Shown here: positions 18,165-22,083 of the stretch, piece by piece
Numbering within the stretch: position 1 is the first letter of the stretch
How the letters are laid out: each line of letters starts with the position of its first letter
Assembly: GCA_041497895.1 (NCBI GenBank)
Contig: JBGQHJ010000083.1
Location: forward strand, 1-22,083
Direction of reading: 5' to 3'
Origin: Candidatus Methylomirabilia bacterium
GTDB taxonomy: Bacteria; Methylomirabilota; Methylomirabilia; Rokubacteriales; CSP1-6
DNA: 22,083 bases
Notes under the pieces: generated by a model
The model's input: the letters and a program-made list of their open reading frames with translations, nothing else
What the model was told of the DNA's origin: nothing
The model's database searches: none
Made by a program: the position numbers and the translations under genes

Positions 18165-19234
18165 CGGGTCGGGGCGGCGGGAGCGCGGGCGGACAGGTCG
18201 CCGAAGGGGCCCGTGATGCGGACGATCTCGTTGAGCTGGAAGGTGCCGGCGCGGATCACCGCGACCAGGAGGTCGCCGGCCAGCCCGGCGGCCTGCGTCT
18301 CCGGCGTGGTGGGCACGAAGGTCAGGCCCCGTGGTGCGTCGCCGTCGGTGAAGCGCGCGAGGCCCGTGCGGGTGCCGTCCGCGGAGACGGCGAAGATCTC
18401 CGCGCCCTGGCGGTCGGCCACGTAGACCTGCCCGGCGGGTCCCGCCGCGAGGCTCTGTGCCACCGGCCCCTCGAGGACGAGGCGAGGCTCGCCCCGCGGG
18501 CTCAGCCGCCAGATGGCGCCCGGTCCCGGCTGCCAGGGCGCCTCCGCGGCGCCATCGCTGCCGATCCACAGGTGATCGGTCTCGTCCACCGTGAGCGATC
18601 GCGGGCGCTGGATGCGCACGTTGTCGAGCATGCGCCCGTCGCCGTCGAGGCGGAGCACCACCCCGCGATCGCGGTCCGCGACATAGACGTCGCCCGCCGC
18701 GCTGGTCGCGACGCCCTCCGGCTGTACCAGCAGGGGCGGCCGCGCGGGCTCGGACGGGGTGCCGCCGGCCAGGAAGCCGGTCCGCCCGTCGGCCAGCCGG
18801 TAGAGCACGCCGACGCGGCGGTCGCGATCGAAGGTAGTGACGAACAGGTCGCGGCCTCCGCGACCGGCGCTCACCTGGGCGTTGACCAGCGGCGGACCGT
18901 GGAAGAAGCGCCCCTCGGTCGGCGGCGTCAGCCGCGCCCCACCCGCCGGGATCCGGTAGATCGCGGTGAGGTACTCGAACTCGCCGCCGCTGTAACGCCG
19001 GCCGGTGCGCGCGAGGTAGAGGGCACCGGTCCGGTCCACCGCGAGGGTGGACGTCGAGGGGATGCCCCGCCCGCGCGGGCCGTCCGCGCCGAAGCCGTTC
19101 CCGGTGACGTAGACCCGGGCGGTGAAGCCCGGCGGCAGCAGGATCTCCGCCCGCGCCGGCGCAGAGGCGAGGAGGACCGGCAGGAGCGCGAGCCCGATCG
19201 TCAGGAGCCGCCCAGCCGCCCACTTCGCGCTCAT
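18161..19234 (-). CDS. Secreted NHL/SMP-30-like beta-propeller protein
   Basis: Signal peptide MSAKWAAGRLLTIGLALLPVLLASAPARA, then LPPGF, and repeated blades: LAVDRTGALY, PEGVA..AGDVYVAD, PRSLTVD, SLAAGPAGQVYVAD, PRGLTF. Confidence 0.75.
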   Translation of the reverse strand: MSAKWAAGRLLTIGLALLPVLLASAPARAEILLPPGFTARVYVTGNGFGADGPRGRGIPSTSTLAVDRTGALYLARTGRRYSGGEFEYLTAIYRIPAGGARLTPPTEGRFFHGPPLVNAQVSAGRGGRDLFVTTFDRDRRVGVLYRLADGRTGFLAGGTPSEPARPPLLVQPEGVATSAAGDVYVADRDRGVVLRLDGDGRMLDNVRIQRPRSLTVDETDHLWIGSDGAAEAPWQPGPGAIWRLSPRGEPRLVLEGPVAQSLAAGPAGQVYVADRQGAEIFAVSADGTRTGLARFTDGDAPRGLTFVPTTPETQAAGLAGDLLVAVIRAGTFQLNEIVRITGPFGDLSARAPAAPTR

Positions 19235-19294
19235 CGGCCGGCCCTCATGGGCCGGAATGATAGCGTTCGCGATCGGACGCGGCAACCGCGCCGG

Positions 19295-20233
19295 CTAGGA
19301 GGCCCGGCCGGTCTCGTCGGCGAGTCGCAGCGTCTCGAGCGGGAACCCGGCGTCGATCCAGCCGGCGAGGCCGCCGTGGAGCGGGTGGACCCGGCGAACG
19401 CCGCTCCGCTTGAGCTGGAGCGCCACCCGGGCGCTCGTAGCCTCGTTGGGTCAGGAGTAGTAGAGCACGACCTTCCGATCGAGCGGGATCTCCGCGCGGC
19501 GGGTCGCGATCGCTTCCGCGGGGATCCAGAGGGCCCCGGGAATCTTGTGCGGCGCGGCGCCCACGTCGAGCGCCGAGCGGGTGTCGATCACGACCAGATC
19601 CGGATCGCCCCCGTCGAGCCGGCGCTTGAGCTCCGACGGCTCGATGCGCGCCCCCTGGAGGCTTCGCAGGAAGAGCCGGCGTCGGACGAGCTTGGTCAGG
19701 ATGTAGCCGGCCAGGCCGACCCCGGCCGCCGCGAGGCCCCAGTGGCCGAGGCGGCTCACCAGCGCGAGCAGCGGGGTCAGGGCGCTGCTCGAGACGTAGC
19801 CGAGCGCGATCCACGCGCCCGCCCACAGGAGCGCGCCCACGGTGTCGAGCAGGAGGAACGGGGCCCGGGCGAGCCCGACGATGCCGGCGAGCGGGGGGGC
19901 GATGGTACTGAGACCCGGCAGGAACTTGGCGACGAGCAGCGCCCAGCGGCCCCGTCGCAGGAACAGGTTCTCGGTCCGGCGGACGCACGAGTCCGGCTCG
20001 AGGGAGACGCGGCAGATCACGTCGAGGACGCGCTTGCCCCGCGCGCGCCCCAGCTCGTACCACACGACGTCGGGCGGCAGGGAGGCGACGAGCGCGGTGG
20101 CCAGGCCGGCGAGCAGGCTCATCCGCCCGGTGCCCGCGAAGGCCCCGACGCCCAGCAGGAGCGGGACCGCGGGGATGGGCAGGCCGATCTGCTCGGCGAG
20201 CACGAAGGCGAACAGCACGAGATAGCTGTCCAT
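19295..20233 (-). CDS. DedA/VTT-rhodanese fusion, putative selenoprotein (in-frame TGA at 19453-19451, about U261)
   Basis: DedA motifs EQIGLPIPA, YELGR and KFLPG; rhodanese IDTRS and HKIPGA. After the TGA the frame continues VVLYYS-U-PNEATSARVALQLKRSGVRRVHPLHGGLAGWIDAGFP to TAG at 19297-19295. This matches the YCxCPNExxSARxA...LxGGxxxW end of this family. Confidence 0.88.
19412..19444 (-). promoter_or_regulatory. Candidate bacterial SECIS element for the DedA-rhodanese UGA
   Basis: mRNA reads UGA CCCAAC GAGGCU AC GAGCGCC-CGGGU-GGCGCUC C AGCUC. This gives a 7-bp upper stem, a 5-nt loop with G in position 2, the loop 21 nt after UGA, and a lower stem. Confidence 0.68.
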
Positions 20234-20239
20234 CGCCAC

Positions 20240-20275
20240 ATCGTATCTTGACAGGGCCGTCGATCGCGCTATACG
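20240..20275. promoter_or_regulatory. Overlapping bidirectional promoter between the two putative selenoprotein genes
   Basis: Plus strand: TTGACA (20248-20253), 16-nt spacer, TATACG (20270-20275), then GGGAGG before ATG 20296. Minus strand: TACGAT (20245-20240), 6 nt before ATG 20233. Confidence 0.6.
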
Positions 20276-20295
20276 GGAGCCGGGAGGATCGCGAC

Positions 20296-20718
20296 ATGAC
20301 CACGGTGATCGTGCGGGGCGGGATCGGCAGTCTCGAGCAGGAGGTGGTCATCGGGCGGCATCGCCTGGTGGCCGACGAGCCGGAGGGGCAGGGCGGCCAC
20401 GACGCCGGGCCCTCGCCGTACGACTACCTGCTGGCCGCGCTCGGGACCTGAACGTCGATGACGCTCGCGCTGTACGCGCGACGCAAGCAGTGGCCGCTCG
20501 AGGGCGTCACGGTCACGCTCCGGCACTCGCGCGTCCACGCGGTGGACTGCGCCGAGTGCGAGACCACGGAGGGCCTGCTCGACCGGATCGAGCGCGATAT
20601 CGCGCTGGCCGGGCCCCTGGCCGACGAGCAGCGCGCGCGGCTCCTCGAGATCGCCGAGCGCTGCCCGGTGCATCGTACCCTCACCTCGGAGATCAGCATC
20701 CGCACGCGGCTGGCCTAG
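20296..20718 (+). CDS. OsmC/Ohr-family (YhfA-like) protein, putative selenoprotein (in-frame TGA at 20449-20451, U52)
   Basis: The two track ORFs (20248-20451 and 20458-20718) are in one frame. They join as ADEP..[35 protein letters not shown]...DCAEC...RLLEIAERCPVHRTL. Homologues have LGxC-TSMT at this position. Confidence 0.92.
20463..20484 (+). promoter_or_regulatory. Candidate bacterial SECIS element for the OsmC UGA
   Basis: UCGCGC-UGUAC-GCGCGA (20465-20481) gives a 6-bp stem, a 5-nt loop with G in position 2, and the loop 19 nt after UGA. Confidence 0.6.
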
Positions 20719-20928
20719 GCCGGTCCCCGACGCGTGACCCGGGCTCTTGACAACGCCTCCGGGCCGGGTGTAGTCATCACCCCATCCAACGGCGCTCGAG
20801 GGGCTCTTCTTCCGGAACTCACCCCCCGAACAACAGCAGCACAGCGCGGTTTACTCGCAACGATGCGGTGCCCATTTCATTTGCAGGCCTGGGCTCGCTC
20901 ACGCGGGTGGCCGGGCGGGGAGAGTGTC

Positions 20929-22083
20929 ATGGAGGAAGACCGCAGCACATTCGGGACGCTTGAAGCGGCATTCATCGAGGGGCGGCTCAGCCGGCGCGAC
21001 CTGCTCCGCCGGAGCGCCCTGATCGGAGCCAGCGCCTCCGCCGCGCACCTCCTCGGCTCGCTCGGCCTCGCCACGTCGGCGCAGGCCCAGGGGACCCCCA
21101 AGAAGGGCGGCACCCTCGTCATCGCCAAGGAGAGCGAGCTCGACATCCTCGACCCGCACAGCGCGGGCGGCTGGGTGACCTGGCGGGTCAGCAAGCAGAT
21201 GCACGAGGGCCTCATCGACGAGGACCTGACCCAGGCCAACGTGCCCTATCCGAAGCTCGTTCCCAAGCTCGCGACCTCGTGGGACGTCTCCAAGGACTCG
21301 CTGACCTACACCTTCAAGCTCCGGAAGGGGGTCAAGTTCCACGACGGCACCCCGTTCGACGCGGCGGCGGTGAAGTACAACATCGATCGCTGCGCGGCCA
21401 AGGACGCGCCCCAGTTCTACGCGCGGGCCAACGCCTACACCACGTGGATCTGGCAGTTCCTCAAGGAGGTGAAGACCCCCGACGAGGGCACCGTGCAGAT
21501 CGTCCTGCGCGAGCCGTACGGGGACTTCCTGCGCCAGCTCGTCCAGGGCGGTGGCGGCGCCGCGGTGTTCATCAGCCCCACCGCGCTCAAGAAGTACGGC
21601 AACGAGGGCATCGCCGAGCATCCGACCGGGACCGGACCGTTCCGCTTCGTGGAGCGCGTGCGCGGCGAGAAGGTCGTGACCGAGCGCAATCCCAACTACT
21701 GGGGGACGCAGCCGTACCTCGACCGGATCATCGACCGGCCGATGCCGGAGCCGGCGGCGCGCATGACCGCGCTGCAGGCCGGCGAGGTGGACATGATCTA
21801 CGTCCCGCACCCCGACGGCATCGCGGAGCTGAAGACCAAGGGCTTCAAGCTCGAGCAGGGGCCGGCCCCCCACGTCTGGTACTTCGCCTTCAACCTCCGC
21901 GACAAGAACTACCAGGACGTGCGCGTGCGGCGGGCCATCAACATGGCCATCGACCGCGAGGGCATGGCCAAGCAGCTCCTGAAGGGGACCGCGGTGGCCG
22001 CGCGCGGGCTGCAGGCGCCGTGCTGCCCGTCCTACGATCCGAACTTCAAGGACTATCCCTACGACCCCGCGCAGGCCAAGAAG
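20929..22083 (+). CDS. Family 5 (peptide/nickel) ABC transporter substrate-binding protein with Tat signal; runs off the window
   Basis: Absent from the ORF track (no stop). MEEDRSTF...LSRRDLLRR...AQA-QGTPKKGGTL, LDPH, LATSWDVS, YTFKLRKGVKFHDGTPFDA, GTGPFRF, DVRVRRAINMAIDR. GGGGAG ribosome-binding site. Confidence 0.92.
   Translation, partial: MEEDRSTFGTLEAAFIEGRLSRRDLLRRSALIGASASAAHLLGSLGLATSAQAQGTPKKGGTLVIAKESELDILDPHSAGGWVTWRVSKQMHEGLIDEDLTQANVPYPKLVPKLATSWDVSKDSLTYTFKLRKGVKFHDGTPFDAAAVKYNIDRCAAKDAPQFYARANAYTTWIWQFLKEVKTPDEGTVQIVLREPYGDFLRQLVQGGGGAAVFISPTALKKYGNEGIAEHPTGTGPFRFVERVRGEKVVTERNPNYWGTQPYLDRIIDRPMPEPAARMTALQAGEVDMIYVPHPDGIAELKTKGFKLEQGPAPHVWYFAFNLRDKNYQDVRVRRAINMAIDREGMAKQLLKGTAVAARGLQAPCCPSYDPNFKDYPYDPAQAKK

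Noticed and set aside
19295..20718. Pseudogenes or genome-wide TGA reassignment (Trp/Gly) as the explanation for the in-frame TGAs
   Set aside because: TGA is used as a true stop in many genes here, Trp is encoded by TGG, both TGAs align with Cys positions, and there are no frameshifts or other decay. Pseudogene status is not fully excluded without seeing the sel genes.
20860..20886. Possible sigma54 promoter ending in TTGCA
   Set aside because: There is no GG dinucleotide at the required -24 spacing.
1..22083. CRISPR array, IS/transposase, integrase, tRNA (including tRNA-Sec) or rRNA
   Set aside because: No spaced repeats, recombinase motifs or cloverleaf-like sequence seen, and the intergenic gaps are short.

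Overview
Very GC-rich bacterial chromosomal window, densely packed with about 19 genes (two cut by the window edges). Gene content and style resemble soil Ca. Rokubacteria/Methylomirabilota, but this is inference only. Most of it is accessory catabolism: a decarboxylating dehydrogenase-TcuA-like-beta-hydroxyacid dehydrogenase operon, an amidohydrolase, an IorAB-type molybdoenzyme, an FAD monooxygenase coupled to a dimethylformamidase-like lipoprotein, a glycosyltransferase/acetyltransferase pair, an HpaB-like/NMT1-type binding protein/LLM monooxygenase operon, a secreted beta-propeller and a Tat-exported family-5 ABC binding protein. The main signal is missed by the ORF track: two head-to-head genes at 19295-20718, a DedA-rhodanese fusion and an OsmC-family protein. 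Each has an in-frame TGA exactly where homologues have a conserved Cys, each TGA is followed by a SECIS-like hairpin, and the genes share a roughly 60-bp bidirectional promoter region. This points to a divergent selenoprotein pair. Several genes also look leaderless. No mobile element, CRISPR array, rRNA or tRNA is visible.
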